Source: Candidatus Eiseniibacteriota bacterium
GTDB lineage: Bacteria; Eisenbacteria; RBG-16-71-46
Length of the DNA stretch: 64,000 nt
Reading direction: 5' to 3'
Assembly: GCA_963717505.1 (NCBI GenBank)
Contig: OY970342.1
Span: 1,120,001-1,184,000 of the forward strand
In this document: in pieces, positions 15,955 through 27,496 of the stretch
Layout: every line of letters starts with the position of its first letter
How positions within the stretch are numbered: position 1 is the first letter of the stretch
Program-made: the position numbers and the translations under genes
The notes under the pieces: generated by a model
Database searches by the model: none
Told to the model about the DNA's origin: nothing
What the model saw: only the letters and a program-made list of their open reading frames with translations

Positions 15955-18681
15955 TCACTCCGGCTGCGCGGCCGGGCCTCCCGGTCCGCGTGCAGGCGCC
16001 GACTCGCGCTCCGCCGTGAACGCCTGTTCGATGCGCGCCCGCGTCTCGAGCAGGTGCGCCCGGGTGTTGTCACCAAGCGGCGCCGCACCCTCCAGCGCCC
16101 GACGCGCCCGCGAGTCGATGCGGGTCAGCTGGAGACGGGCCAGGGCGCGCGCGTCGTCGGGACTTCCTGGCGCCGGGTTCAGCATCAAGGTCGCCATCCG
16201 GTCGACGTAGTCGCGCTGCAGCTCGCGCCGCGTTCCCGGACGCTCCAGAGCCTTCATGCCCGGACCGGCCTCGGCGCCAACCTCGCCCCACAGGGACTTG
16301 GTCATGCGGTCGAAGTGCTCGGACATGCGATAGGGATCGGTGGTGCGGGACTCGGCCTCGGAAAGCCGCGCGAGCAGCTTGGGCGCGGTCAGAACCTGGA
16401 TCAGCTGGTTCTGAATGGCGAGCACCTTGCTGTTGTAGTCGTAGTCGAGGCGCGCGCCACCACCGCCCCAGGCGTTGGCCATGCCCCAGTGATTCCAGCG
16501 TTCCGGCGCCAGCCGGTTGAGCAGCGCCGGCGACACGTTGAACGCGTTCGACGCGAAGCCGAACTCGGTGACGAACTCCAGCGCCTCGCGCTGGCGCGCG
16601 ACGGGCACCGGCTCGAGCGGACTCGATGGCGCTCCGGCCTGGCCGCGATGCGCGCGCGAGTGGTACTGCCCGCCGACCCACTTGACCCCCATGCCGAGCG
16701 CGATCGCGTACTGCGACAGCAGGTCGTCCATGGCGCTGCGCAGCGTCGGGTACGAACCATCGGGGCCGAGCATGCGCGCCTCGAAGTTCGGATTTGCCCA
16801 CAGACCCGCGACCCACTGGGCCCGGGTCTGGCCGAACTTCAGGGGATCGTCTCCCAGGTCCCAGATGTTGGTGCGGGGATCCAGGGCGTCGGCCGGGTAG
16901 GTGTCGGCGTCGTTGGAGTAAACGTGGCCTGGCTTCGTCGACTCGTCGGCGATCTTCTTGGCGAAGTCGTAATCGGCATCGACGGTGGTCGCGCCCGACG
17001 GCGTGTAGCCGTAGCGGATCATCCACAGGTCGTAGTCACCGGCGGTGACGCCGTAGTAATCGCCTTGCTGCGACTTGGTCGGCGCGATGTTCGGCGTCGC
17101 GTAGTCCATCACCGACGCCGCCAGACCGTGCTCGTTGGTCCACGCGCGGTCGTGCAGCTTGTCGACCGGGGTCGCGGTGCTGGCGCGGAAGTTGTGGGTC
17201 AGGCCGAGCGTGTGCCCGACCTCGTGCAGCGTGACGTGGACCAGCATCTCGCCGATGAACTCCTCGGGCAGTGGGCCGCCGGGCGGAAGGTTGCCGTCCA
17301 TCAGCATGCCGATGTGGGCGAGCTGGGCGCCCTCGGAAATCCCGATCGGTGCGTCACAGCGCATGCTCGGATCCAGGAACGACGGCCACGAGCCCAATTG
17401 CGGCTGGATGCCGGCCGCGATCGCGTCCGGGCCGATGCGCCGGAACACCTGCAGGCGGCGCTGGACGATCGAGCCTTCGAACAGGATGTCGGCATCCAGG
17501 ATCTCGCCGGTGCGCGGATCGGTGCGCGAGGGCCCGATCGCGCCGAACGACGGCTGCGACGAAACGATCCAGCGGATCGTGCTGTAGCGCACGTCGGCCG
17601 GATCCCAGTTCGGGTCGTCGGGCGGATCCTTGGCCTGGATCGCGTTCTTGAAGCCGGCGGCCTCGAACGCCTTGTTCCACGCCTCGACGCCCTTCTTGAT
17701 GTGCGGCCGGTACTTCTCGGGCACGGTGCTGTCGATGTAGAACACGATCGGCTTGACCGGCTCGGACAACGCCGCCGCTGGGTCCTTCTTCTCCAGGCGC
17801 CAGCGCTCGACGTAGCGGCGCCAGTAGTCGTCCTCGGTGTCGCGGGTGAAATCCTTGACCGCGGTCAGGAAATAGCCGGTGCGGTCGTCCGCGAGCCGCG
17901 GCATCATCGGCTTCTCGGGAAGCTTCGAGAACGAGTAGTGCACGGTGATCGGGACAAAGCGATCGTCCGGCACCGTGGCCAGGCCGTAGTTCGTCCGGTC
18001 GTTGGGCGAATAGGTGAGCAGGGCCTCGACCTCGGTATTCTCGGGGAAGTTCTTGACCGAGCCGAGTGCGGAGCGCTCCTTGTCGAAGCGCATGCCCTTG
18101 CCGACCGCCTCGCGCAGGCCTTCCGCCAGATCGGTCAGATCGCTGACCAGGAACGGCGCCAGGTCGACCAGGATCGCCTTCGAGGAATCGTGGATGCTCT
18201 CGATCTTGAGCGACGCCAGCACCGAGTGCCCGTACGACAGCTCGCGCGCCTTGTCGAAGGCGGCGTCGCCCTCGGTGACGAACCGCGTGTTCTTCTCGAG
18301 GACGATGATGCGGTCGCCGGCGCGCTGGAACTCGAGCAGGTGATCGCCGAGCGGCAGACCACCGAGCACGAAGTTCGATCCGATGCCGCGCGCGAAGCTG
18401 AAGATGCCGAGCACCGGCACGTTGAGCTGCTCGGGCTTGAGCTCGAGGTAGAGGTTGTCGCGCTTCTTGTGCAGCGTCAGGTAGCCGGGGATCGTCTCGG
18501 CGTCCTTGGTGGCTTTCTTCCAGTCGGTGTACGGCTTGTCGGCGGCGCCCGCGGCGGCCGCGTCGGCACCCTTGGCCGGTTCCTTCTTCTTCTTGGCCGC
18601 GAAGGCCGGGTCGGCGGTCGCGATCGCCAAGGCGGCGATGGCGAGTACCGCGGCAACGGGGAACGCTCGGTGCATCCTCAT
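15955..18681 (-). CDS. secreted zinc metalloprotease (metzincin, DUF5117/DUF4953 EcxA-like), paralog
   Basis: Signal peptide, HEVGHTLGLTH, SVMDY, WDPADVRY shared with the neighbour. Confidence 0.92.
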   Translation of the reverse strand: MRMHRAFPVAAVLAIAALAIATADPAFAAKKKKEPAKGADAAAAGAADKPYTDWKKATKDAETIPGYLTLHKKRDNLYLELKPEQLNVPVLGIFSFARGIGSNFVLGGLPLGDHLLEFQRAGDRIIVLEKNTRFVTEGDAAFDKARELSYGHSVLASLKIESIHDSSKAILVDLAPFLVSDLTDLAEGLREAVGKGMRFDKERSALGSVKNFPENTEVEALLTYSPNDRTNYGLATVPDDRFVPITVHYSFSKLPEKPMMPRLADDRTGYFLTAVKDFTRDTEDDYWRRYVERWRLEKKDPAAALSEPVKPIVFYIDSTVPEKYRPHIKKGVEAWNKAFEAAGFKNAIQAKDPPDDPNWDPADVRYSTIRWIVSSQPSFGAIGPSRTDPRTGEILDADILFEGSIVQRRLQVFRRIGPDAIAAGIQPQLGSWPSFLDPSMRCDAPIGISEGAQLAHIGMLMDGNLPPGGPLPEEFIGEMLVHVTLHEVGHTLGLTHNFRASTATPVDKLHDRAWTNEHGLAASVMDYATPNIAPTKSQQGDYYGVTAGDYDLWMIRYGYTPSGATTVDADYDFAKKIADESTKPGHVYSNDADTYPADALDPRTNIWDLGDDPLKFGQTRAQWVAGLWANPNFEARMLGPDGSYPTLRSAMDDLLSQYAIALGMGVKWVGGQYHSRAHRGQAGAPSSPLEPVPVARQREALEFVTEFGFASNAFNVSPALLNRLAPERWNHWGMANAWGGGGARLDYDYNSKVLAIQNQLIQVLTAPKLLARLSEAESRTTDPYRMSEHFDRMTKSLWGEVGAEAGPGMKALERPGTRRELQRDYVDRMATLMLNPAPGSPDDARALARLQLTRIDSRARRALEGAAPLGDNTRAHLLETRARIEQAFTAERESAPARGPGGPAAQPE

Positions 18682-18694
18682 GGACGGGGACTCC

Positions 18695-19322
18695 TCAGTG
18701 TGGGCCAGTGACGGCTCCGGCGACGAACGAGGCCCCCGGGTGGGGGCAGCGGGGCACTATAGGGAAACAGGCCGGCGCGTGCGCCCTTGCCCGCGACCGG
18801 CGCGGCATAAAGTTCGACGGGTGATCGGTGTCGAGGGTTGAAAGGCGGGACCCCGCCAGGGTCCAGGCCGTGGGGCGGTCGTGGCCCCGGTGACCCCTCG
18901 GGGGAGCCGACTCGCCAAACTTCTTCATCAGGCGGTCACGCGGATCGGCTCCAGCGCGTCGTCCCGGGCATCCGGAGATCCAAGCATTCATTCGGATCGA
19001 GATGTGGATCGATGTGCTGGAACCAACATCCATCGATCTCCGCAGAAGGACGCAGGCGAGCGAAATAGTCGAGCACTGTCTTCGAGAACCGGTCTCGCAC
19101 GGTTGCGGGAACGTCACCGCAGAGCCCCTGGTCGTGGTTGCCCCAGACGCCGGTCCCGGGCAGGGAGTCCAGACAAGCAACCGTTTCCTCTACCCGTTCA
19201 CCGTATTCGAGCACGTCCCCAAGGACCACAAATGCATCGACGCGGCGCGCCCTCAGCTCCCTCACCGCCGCGGCGAGCGGCTCGACGGCTTCGTGGATGT
19301 CGGCCAGCAGGCCGAGACGCAC
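18695..19322 (-). pseudogene. calcineurin-like metallophosphoesterase, truncated or frameshifted
   Basis: LADIH, LGD, WGNHD present; frame stops at 18936 before the GHxH motif; a degraded GH segment continues in another frame; ends approximate. Confidence 0.6.
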
Positions 19323-19323
19323 G

Positions 19324-19707
19324 CTATCCCTCGGGACAGCCGCCTTGCCGTCCGGCAAGTGCTGCGATCGCCTTCTCCTCGGTGTCGTGGTGGTCGAACA
19401 AGAAGCTCAGCTTCGTCACGATGAAGATGTTGTTGACCTTGGCATCGAGATGGCAGAGGGCGATCTCGCCCTGTCGGTTCCGGTAGCTCGCGTTGGCCTG
19501 GGCAAAGACCCCGAGAGCAATCGAGGTGATGAACCCCACGTCCTGGAAGTTCACGACCAGGCAGCGATTGCCCGCTTCGGCCAGATCGTTCAGCAGGAGG
19601 CGTAGCTCTTCGGTCTCGTCCCCTCCGACCAGGTTCCCCTTGGGGGTCACGACGGCAACGCCCCCGACCTTCTTCATGCGAATGTGCTTCAGCGCGACTT
19701 CTCTCAC
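19324..19707 (-). CDS. STAS-domain anti-sigma factor antagonist
   Basis: V.FITSIALG with conserved Ser, IF.VTKL; GGAGG then GTG. Confidence 0.88.
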   Translation of the reverse strand: MREVALKHIRMKKVGGVAVVTPKGNLVGGDETEELRLLLNDLAEAGNRCLVVNFQDVGFITSIALGVFAQANASYRNRQGEIALCHLDAKVNNIFIVTKLSFLFDHHDTEEKAIAALAGRQGGCPEG

Positions 19708-19871
19708 GGCAACCTCCACTCTCGCGGCCCAGACTTCCCGAGCCGGCGACGGCCTGACTCCGGGGTCGGTCCCCCGGCTGATCGCAATACAATTCCGGGC
19801 GTTGTTTGACGGCAAGAAAAATTCCGGGCGCAGCCGCCGGGGCCGGCCGGCGCCTAGCAGCTCCCCAAGGC

Positions 19872-19901
19872 AAACGGCCCCGGGATCTCTCCCGGGGCCG
19901 T
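19872..19901 (-). terminator. groEL terminator
   Basis: 12-bp stem ACGGCCCCGGGA-N4-TCCCGGGGCCGT followed by T's. Confidence 0.75.
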
Positions 19902-19934
19902 CCGTGATTCGCGCTGCTATTCCTGCTTCGGGGA

Positions 19935-21608
<1,674 letters not shown>

Positions 21609-21656
21609 TCAGTCCGCCCTAGCCGTTGCGCTGGGCGGAACGGGAATTCGATCGCG

Positions 21657-21953
21657 CTACTTCTGCTGGGCGAGGACGCCCAACACGTCGTCTTCGCGAA
21701 GGATGACGTACTCGACGCCGTCGAGCTTGACGTCGGTGCCGCTGTACTTGCCGATCAGCACGCGGTCGCCCTTCTTGAGGTCGACCGGCACCAGCTTGCC
21801 CTCTTCGGTCTTGCGACCGGGGCCGACGGCGACGACTTCGCCCTCCTGCGGCTTCTCTTTGGCGGTGTCGGGGATGATGATGCCGCCGCGAATCGACTCC
21901 TTCTCCTCGATGCGCCGGATCAGGATCCGGTCAGCGAGAGGCCGGACGTTCAT
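21657..21953 (-). CDS. groS: co-chaperonin GroES
   Basis: [25 protein letters not shown]; GAGGAGG RBS. Confidence 0.98.
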   Translation of the reverse strand: MNVRPLADRILIRRIEEKESIRGGIIIPDTAKEKPQEGEVVAVGPGRKTEEGKLVPVDLKKGDRVLIGKYSGTDVKLDGVEYVILREDDVLGVLAQQK

Positions 21954-22245
21954 GACAACCTCCTCGGGTATTGGTTTGGACATGGACACGGGCGCCGGAT
22001 TCCGGTGCGGCTCTTTTCCGCCACTCGGACGCATTCCAAGGCGCTGCGACCTGCGGGCCCTCGGGCGCGCGCACCCGATGATCAAGGCGCTGCGCGGAGC
22101 CCGGTTGCGCCAGACAACCTAGTTGCGCACCGGGAGCCTTTGCCCAAATGGCACGAGACGATTGGCAGCCTATCCGACTGGTGCCAGGGAAGCAAGTGGG
22201 GGGCGAGCGTCCCAGAGCCCCGGTCGACCCGGGCCCGCGAGGGGG

Positions 22246-23274
22246 CTAGTTCAGCCTGGTTTCAAAGACCGCCGGCCGGGGGCGGCCGTCGAGGTATCCC
22301 GTGCTCACGGTTCCCAGGACCCGGACCTTCTGCTTCTCGGCGGGGGTGCGCACCCGGGTGAAGACCACGATCGTGTCGCGTCCCTGATGGAGGTAGAACG
22401 AGTATCCGTCACCCATAGGGAACCACTGCCCGATCACCCCGCGAATCCGGACTTCCTTGCCGTCGAGCGAGGCCGCGTCGCGAATCACGTCGCGCAACGG
22501 GGTCACGTGTTCCTTCGGCATCGCGATGTTGAGCGCGATGATCAACAGCACGACGCAGCCGGACAGGATCGCGAGCGAACGTCCGTGGTCGCGCAACACC
22601 GGTTCGACCGCGTTCCACACGGCGCCGAGCGGGCCGGCGAGTGCCGGGGGCACCGGGATCGGGAGCGTCGCTTCCGGCGGTGCCGGAGGTCTTCGCACCG
22701 ACGCGGTCCGCGGTACGGCGGGTTTCGCTTCTTCTTCCGGCGCTTCCCACTCCTCTTCGTCGGTGACCACCACGACTTCCTGCTCTTCGGCCGTCTCCTC
22801 GACGCGCAGCGTCGGGATGCTGCTGGTCACCGCCGCCCAGGTCGGCACCGCGGGCCCCTCGGCGGGTGGCGGCTCTCCCGGAGTCGGGCGCGGGGGCAGC
22901 GGCACCGCGCGACCCCGCGCATGCATTCCCATTTGATCCGCGCGATCGGGCAACAGGGTCCGCGGGGACCCCGCCGGAAGCTCTGGGCCCACGAGGCCAT
23001 CGAGCCGCTCGGCGTCCGCAGGAGAGGGGATATGGGGGTTCGGCACGATGCGGGGACGCGGCGCTCCCGGCGAGGGTGGCACGACCGCCCCCGCACCCGG
23101 ACGCTTGAGCACCGGGCCCGAAGCGGGGGAGTCCTCATCAGGCTGAAACGCCTCGACCGGATGCTCGGCCGAGAGCAGCCAATCCGGCTTCTGCTCTTCC
23201 GCGAATTCCTCGGGCTCTTCCCCGGGAAGTCGAAGGTCGCCTGATTCATCCTCGTATTTGTGGTGTTGAGCCAT
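22246..23274 (-). CDS. membrane-anchored protein: Pro/Glu-rich region, one TM, C-terminal OB-fold-like domain
   Basis: DGKEVRIRG.I, FYLHQGRDTIVV, VRVLGTV OB-like pattern after a hydrophobic helix. Confidence 0.7.
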   Translation of the reverse strand: MAQHHKYEDESGDLRLPGEEPEEFAEEQKPDWLLSAEHPVEAFQPDEDSPASGPVLKRPGAGAVVPPSPGAPRPRIVPNPHIPSPADAERLDGLVGPELPAGSPRTLLPDRADQMGMHARGRAVPLPPRPTPGEPPPAEGPAVPTWAAVTSSIPTLRVEETAEEQEVVVVTDEEEWEAPEEEAKPAVPRTASVRRPPAPPEATLPIPVPPALAGPLGAVWNAVEPVLRDHGRSLAILSGCVVLLIIALNIAMPKEHVTPLRDVIRDAASLDGKEVRIRGVIGQWFPMGDGYSFYLHQGRDTIVVFTRVRTPAEKQKVRVLGTVSTGYLDGRPRPAVFETRLN

Positions 23275-23353
23275 GGGTCTCTCGGGACTGGGGTGGGTAC
23301 CGGAGAAATATCGACCCCTGACCCGCTGCGCTTGACGTCGAACCCGGCCCCGC

Positions 23354-24703
23354 CTAACCCAGACGCCGATATTGCTGGATTTTCCGGTAAAGCGTGCGCA
23401 GCCCAATTCCGAGAATCGCGGCGGCGCGGGGCTTGTCGTCCCCGGTCTCGGCCAGGGTGGCCTCGATCAGCCGGCGCTCGGCATCATCCACGGTCATGCC
23501 GACGGCGATGTCGAGCGGTGCCGCCGTCGGCCCGGCGTCGCGCAACGCCGGCGGCAGGTCCGCGGGCTCGAGCGCGCGTCGTCCCTCGGCGAAGGCAACC
23601 ATGCCTTCGACCGTGTTCCGGAGCTCCCGAACGTTGCCCGGCCAGTCGTGCCGCACCAGCCGGTCGAGCGCGCCACGCGTGATTCCGGTCACCTTGCGTT
23701 GATGCTCGCGATTGAATTCGCGCAGGAAGGCCTCGACCAGAAGCGGGATGTCCTCGCGGCGTTCCCGCAGCGGCGGCATCGCGATGCGCACGCCGCCCAG
23801 GCGGTCGAGCAGATCTTCGCGAAACCGTCCGCCGCGAACTTCGGCGGTCAGATCGCGGTCGGTGGCCGCGACCAGCCGGGCATCGACTCGCAGTGTCTCG
23901 GCGCCGCCGACGCGCTCGAAGTCGCGGTCGCGCAGGAAGCGCAGCAGCCGCACCTGGACGGCCGCCGGTGCGGCGCCAATGCCATCGAGGTAGAGCGTGC
24001 CGCCGTCGGCGGCCTCCAGGCGGCCCGGTCGCGGGACGCCGCCACTCTCGATCCCGAACAGCTCGACTTCGACCATCGGCTCGGCCAGGGCCCCGAGATC
24101 GACTGCGATCATCGGGCCCTCGCGGCGCGCGCTTTGCCGGTGGATCGCCTGCGCGACCAGCCCCTTGCCGGTGCCCGACTCGCCTTCGATCAGGACCGTG
24201 GCGCGCGTGTTCGCGATGCTGCGCACCTGGTCCATGACCCGATGGATCGAGCGCGAGCTGCCGGTCAGCCGATCGAGCGCGAGTCGTTCGTCGAGCTGGC
24301 CCTCGATCTCGGCGACCCTCGCCGCCAGCGCCTGATGCGACAGGCCGCGACGCAACACTGCCAGCAGTTTTTCCAGATGCAGGGGTTTGACCTGGAAGTC
24401 GTAGGCGCCCTGACGCATCGACTCGACCGCCTTCTCGACCTCGGCCTGCCCGGTGATCACCACCGCACAGACTTCGGGGTTCCGCTGGATCGCGCGGGCC
24501 AGCAGGGCGCTGCCATCGATGCCCGTGGCGTGCAGCTCGGTGACCAGGCAGTGGATGCGGCGGGCGTCGAGCGCGTTGAAGGCGGTTTCGCCGTCGCGCG
24601 CCCAGACGACCTCGAGCCCGTTCTGGCGGAGGAAGGCTGTGAGCCGGCGCGTGGCTTCACTGTCGCGGTCGACGACCAGAACGGTAGGGGGCGGAGCCTT
24701 CAT
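23354..24703 (-). CDS. NtrC/Fis-family regulator (REC-AAA+-HTH), degenerate
   Basis: GESGTGKG, FREDL, WPGNVREL, Fis HTH; no GAFTGA. Confidence 0.92.
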   Translation of the reverse strand: MKAPPPTVLVVDRDSEATRRLTAFLRQNGLEVVWARDGETAFNALDARRIHCLVTELHATGIDGSALLARAIQRNPEVCAVVITGQAEVEKAVESMRQGAYDFQVKPLHLEKLLAVLRRGLSHQALAARVAEIEGQLDERLALDRLTGSSRSIHRVMDQVRSIANTRATVLIEGESGTGKGLVAQAIHRQSARREGPMIAVDLGALAEPMVEVELFGIESGGVPRPGRLEAADGGTLYLDGIGAAPAAVQVRLLRFLRDRDFERVGGAETLRVDARLVAATDRDLTAEVRGGRFREDLLDRLGGVRIAMPPLRERREDIPLLVEAFLREFNREHQRKVTGITRGALDRLVRHDWPGNVRELRNTVEGMVAFAEGRRALEPADLPPALRDAGPTAAPLDIAVGMTVDDAERRLIEATLAETGDDKPRAAAILGIGLRTLYRKIQQYRRLG

Positions 24704-24740
24704 CGGGCGTCATCGGGCGTCATCGGGGCGTCATCGCGCG
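24701..24740. repeat. short tandem repeat CATCGGGCGT (about 4 imperfect copies)
   Basis: catcgggcgt catcgggcgt catcggggcgt catcgcgcg. Confidence 0.8.
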
Positions 24741-24767
24741 CCATGGGCGTCCCGCGGGTCGATCGAG

Positions 24768-25235
24768 TCAGCGATCCGGTTCGAGCGCATCGAGCGCGCG
24801 TTGGTGGCTGGGCATCTGTGGCGACTCCGCGGGCGCCAGCGTGACTTCCTTGAACCGCACGCGACCCTGTTTGTCGATCAGGAACAGCGCGCGCCGACTG
24901 TAGCCACGTTCTGCATTGAGCACGCCGTACGCGCTACTGGTTTCCCGATCGAAATCCGAGAGCAGCGGGAACTCGAGGCCGTTGGCCCGCGCGAACCGGT
25001 CGTTGGCGTAGTGATTGTCCACGCTGATCCCGAGGACGACGACCTCGAGCGCGTCGAGCCGGTTCGAGTCCTCCTGGATCGCAGGCAGTTGCACCGAGCA
25101 GGTGGGCGAGAACGCCATCGGGAAGAAGACCAGCAGCACGTTCTTCTTGCCGCGGTACTCCGAGAGAGTCACCGGCTGGCCTTCGGGCCCGCGCAGCGAA
25201 AAGTCTGGCGCCAGGTCGCCCACCTCTACCGACAT
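24768..25235 (-). CDS. 1-Cys peroxiredoxin (AhpE/BCP-like)
   Basis: GDLAPDF, FFPMAFSPTC, FPLLSDF, RALFLIDK.G. Confidence 0.92.
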   Translation of the reverse strand: MSVEVGDLAPDFSLRGPEGQPVTLSEYRGKKNVLLVFFPMAFSPTCSVQLPAIQEDSNRLDALEVVVLGISVDNHYANDRFARANGLEFPLLSDFDRETSSAYGVLNAERGYSRRALFLIDKQGRVRFKEVTLAPAESPQMPSHQRALDALEPDR

Positions 25236-25273
25236 CGCCGAGCCCTCCTCGCGTGTCGCGGACTGCGTCCCGA

Positions 25274-25924
25274 TCAGGACGGGGTGAATGCCCCGCCGTC
25301 GGACGGCCGTTTCGACGTCGCGCGAATCACATCCTGACTCGCCGCGGCCAGTTCCGCCAGCGATCGGGTGCCGCGCTCCCGCTCCCAGCGCGGCACCAGG
25401 GCGACCAGCAACCGCGCCGTGGTGCGCGCGTCCGGGAGCGCTCGATGGCGAACCGGCTCTCCGACCCCGAGCGTCTCCCCCAGCGTCTCCAAGTCGTTCG
25501 AACCGCTGCCGAACAAACCGCGCGCCAGTCCGAGCGTGTCGATCACCGGGTGGTCGAGCGCCGGCAGCCGAGCCTGGGCGACCAGCGCCTGGAGGAATGG
25601 CAGGTCGAACCCGGCGTTGTGGAAGACCAGCGGCGAGCGACCGCAAGCCGCGACGAACACCGGGGCGACCGCGTCGGGCAGCGGGGCATCGCTCAACTGC
25701 GCGTCGTCGATGCCGTGGACGATCCGGGCGCCGGGCTCGACCGGGATCCGGGGTCGAACCAGGCTCGACCATTCCGCTCGGGGCTGGCCCTCCTCGACGG
25801 TGACGCACGCGATTTCGATGACGCTGTGCCCGGCCGCTAGGCTCCAGCCGCTGGTCTCGGTATCGACCACCACGAGCCGCTGACCCGCGAGCAGCGATCC
25901 CGGACGGGCCGCTGCCTCGGTCAC
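25274..25924 (-). CDS. DEDDh 3'-5' exonuclease (DnaQ-like)
   Basis: VVDTETSG, FHNAGFD, IDTL, HRALPDA. Confidence 0.93.
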   Translation of the reverse strand: MTEAAARPGSLLAGQRLVVVDTETSGWSLAAGHSVIEIACVTVEEGQPRAEWSSLVRPRIPVEPGARIVHGIDDAQLSDAPLPDAVAPVFVAACGRSPLVFHNAGFDLPFLQALVAQARLPALDHPVIDTLGLARGLFGSGSNDLETLGETLGVGEPVRHRALPDARTTARLLVALVPRWERERGTRSLAELAAASQDVIRATSKRPSDGGAFTPS

Positions 25925-26430
25925 TTCGCTTTGCGTACGAAGTCTTCGAACGACGTCCCGCGTTCGAAGTGGCCGTCACCGATGTAGCTCAGAACCTGGA
26001 GGAAGCGATCCGGCGGCAGGAATCCTGGCGCATTCACCAGGTGCTTGCCGTCCGACGCGAGGAAGACGGTGGTCGGATAGCCGCTGACCTTGAACTTGGC
26101 CGCGATGCCCCGCTCGGTCAGCTTCTGGGACTGGTAGGTCGCCGCACCCTTGGACTCGGCGTTGAGCTTGATCGGCACGAAGCTTCGGGCGAGGGCTGCG
26201 CGGACGTCGGCGCGCGCATAGACCTCGCGGTCCATGCGCTTACACCAACCGCACCAGTCGGTGTAGACGTCGACCAGGATCGGCCGGCCGGTCTCCGCAG
26301 CGTGTTTGAGGCCGGCGTCCCAGGTCTGCCATGGGATCTCCTCGGCGGCGGACGCGAATCGCGGCAACGCCGTCAGGCCGAGCAGCAGGCAGGCCATCGG
26401 GAACAGTCCGGCACGCAGGTGTCGAGTCAT
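25921..26430 (-). CDS. exported thioredoxin-family protein
   Basis: Signal peptide, WCGWC, GYPT cis-Pro motif. Confidence 0.92.
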   Translation of the reverse strand: MTRHLRAGLFPMACLLLGLTALPRFASAAEEIPWQTWDAGLKHAAETGRPILVDVYTDWCGWCKRMDREVYARADVRAALARSFVPIKLNAESKGAATYQSQKLTERGIAAKFKVSGYPTTVFLASDGKHLVNAPGFLPPDRFLQVLSYIGDGHFERGTSFEDFVRKAK

Positions 26431-26552
26431 GACGAGGTCCGGGGAGAGAGTGGGGAGAGCGCCGCGAGGCTACCACGCGATTCCGGGGTCTCCAACCATT
26501 TGCATGGGGTCATCGGCGCGTCCCTGCGCACGATCCAGCGGTTCCCGAAGGC

Positions 26553-27383
26553 TCATCCCGACACCGTATGGCGGAGGGTCTCGCCGGGTCGCCCCGGATC
26601 GAACCACACCCCGCACAGGCGCGAAGTACCGAACTGCCCGGGATTCACGACCACGGTGCGGCCGATGCGGTCCTGGTAGGAGCCGGACACCCGCGCGGAT
26701 TCGTGAATGTGGCCGCAGAGCACGAGCGGCGGTTGATGGCGCTCGATGAACGCCTTCAACGCCCGCGATCCGACGTGGACGCGAGTGGAGATGAGGTCGC
26801 ATTTCGTATCGCGTGGCGGCGAATGCATGACGAACACGGCCTCGCTCGTCGGGACCGCGGCGGCCAGCCCGTCGAGCGCGCCGGCAATGGTCGGGCTCCG
26901 CCGCTCAGGATCGAACCGGTGCGGCACGACTTCGCCGTCGCGGCTGGTCCAGCCGTCGAGGCGCACCGGGGTCTCGCTGCCGCCGTCTTCCCATCGCTCC
27001 CAGTCCTTGATCGCGAACGGCGTGATCGGAACCCACGAAAGTCCGGCGACCGGGACGCCGGCCACCTCGACCGCGCGTTCATGGACCACCTGCCAGAGCT
27101 CGCCATGACGCCGCTCGAGGCAGTCCAGATTCGCGCGCCAGTCGTCGTTGCCCATGAGGAGCGCCAGCTCGGTGTTCGGACTGGCTTCGCGCAGCCGGCG
27201 GGCGAACTCGACCAGGAATCCTTCGAGGAACAGACGCTGGCGGCGCACGCCCTCGACGCCCGCCGCATGGGGCGACAGGTCGCCGCCGAGCAGAACCGCG
27301 TCCGCGGGGTGGGCGGCGATCAGGGCGAGCACCTGCTCGTAGAGCGCCCCCTGACCGTGCAGATCCGACGTGAAGAACCACAT
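26553..27383 (-). CDS. metallophosphoesterase
   Basis: SDLHG, GGD, GNDD, HSPP, GHIHE. Confidence 0.92.
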   Translation of the reverse strand: MWFFTSDLHGQGALYEQVLALIAAHPADAVLLGGDLSPHAAGVEGVRRQRLFLEGFLVEFARRLREASPNTELALLMGNDDWRANLDCLERRHGELWQVVHERAVEVAGVPVAGLSWVPITPFAIKDWERWEDGGSETPVRLDGWTSRDGEVVPHRFDPERRSPTIAGALDGLAAAVPTSEAVFVMHSPPRDTKCDLISTRVHVGSRALKAFIERHQPPLVLCGHIHESARVSGSYQDRIGRTVVVNPGQFGTSRLCGVWFDPGRPGETLRHTVSG

Positions 27384-27449
27384 CCTGGGTTGCCACCGTC
27401 CAGTGGTCGTGAATTGGCGCCGTTCGGTGAACGGCGGTCGAGAAGGCGC

Positions 27450-27479
27450 TTGACGCCGCGTCGCCGTGATGTCGATACT
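27450..27479 (+). promoter_or_regulatory. sigma70 promoter
   Basis: TTGACG, 18 nt, GATACT upstream of 27497. Confidence 0.6.
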
Positions 27480-27496
27480 CTTCGCCCCATCCTGTC

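Noticed and set aside
22161-22186. CIRCE-like TTGGCA...TGCCAG upstream of groES
   Set aside because: Spacing is one base short of TTAGCACTC-N9-GAGTGCTAA and the inner positions mismatch; possible but unsupported
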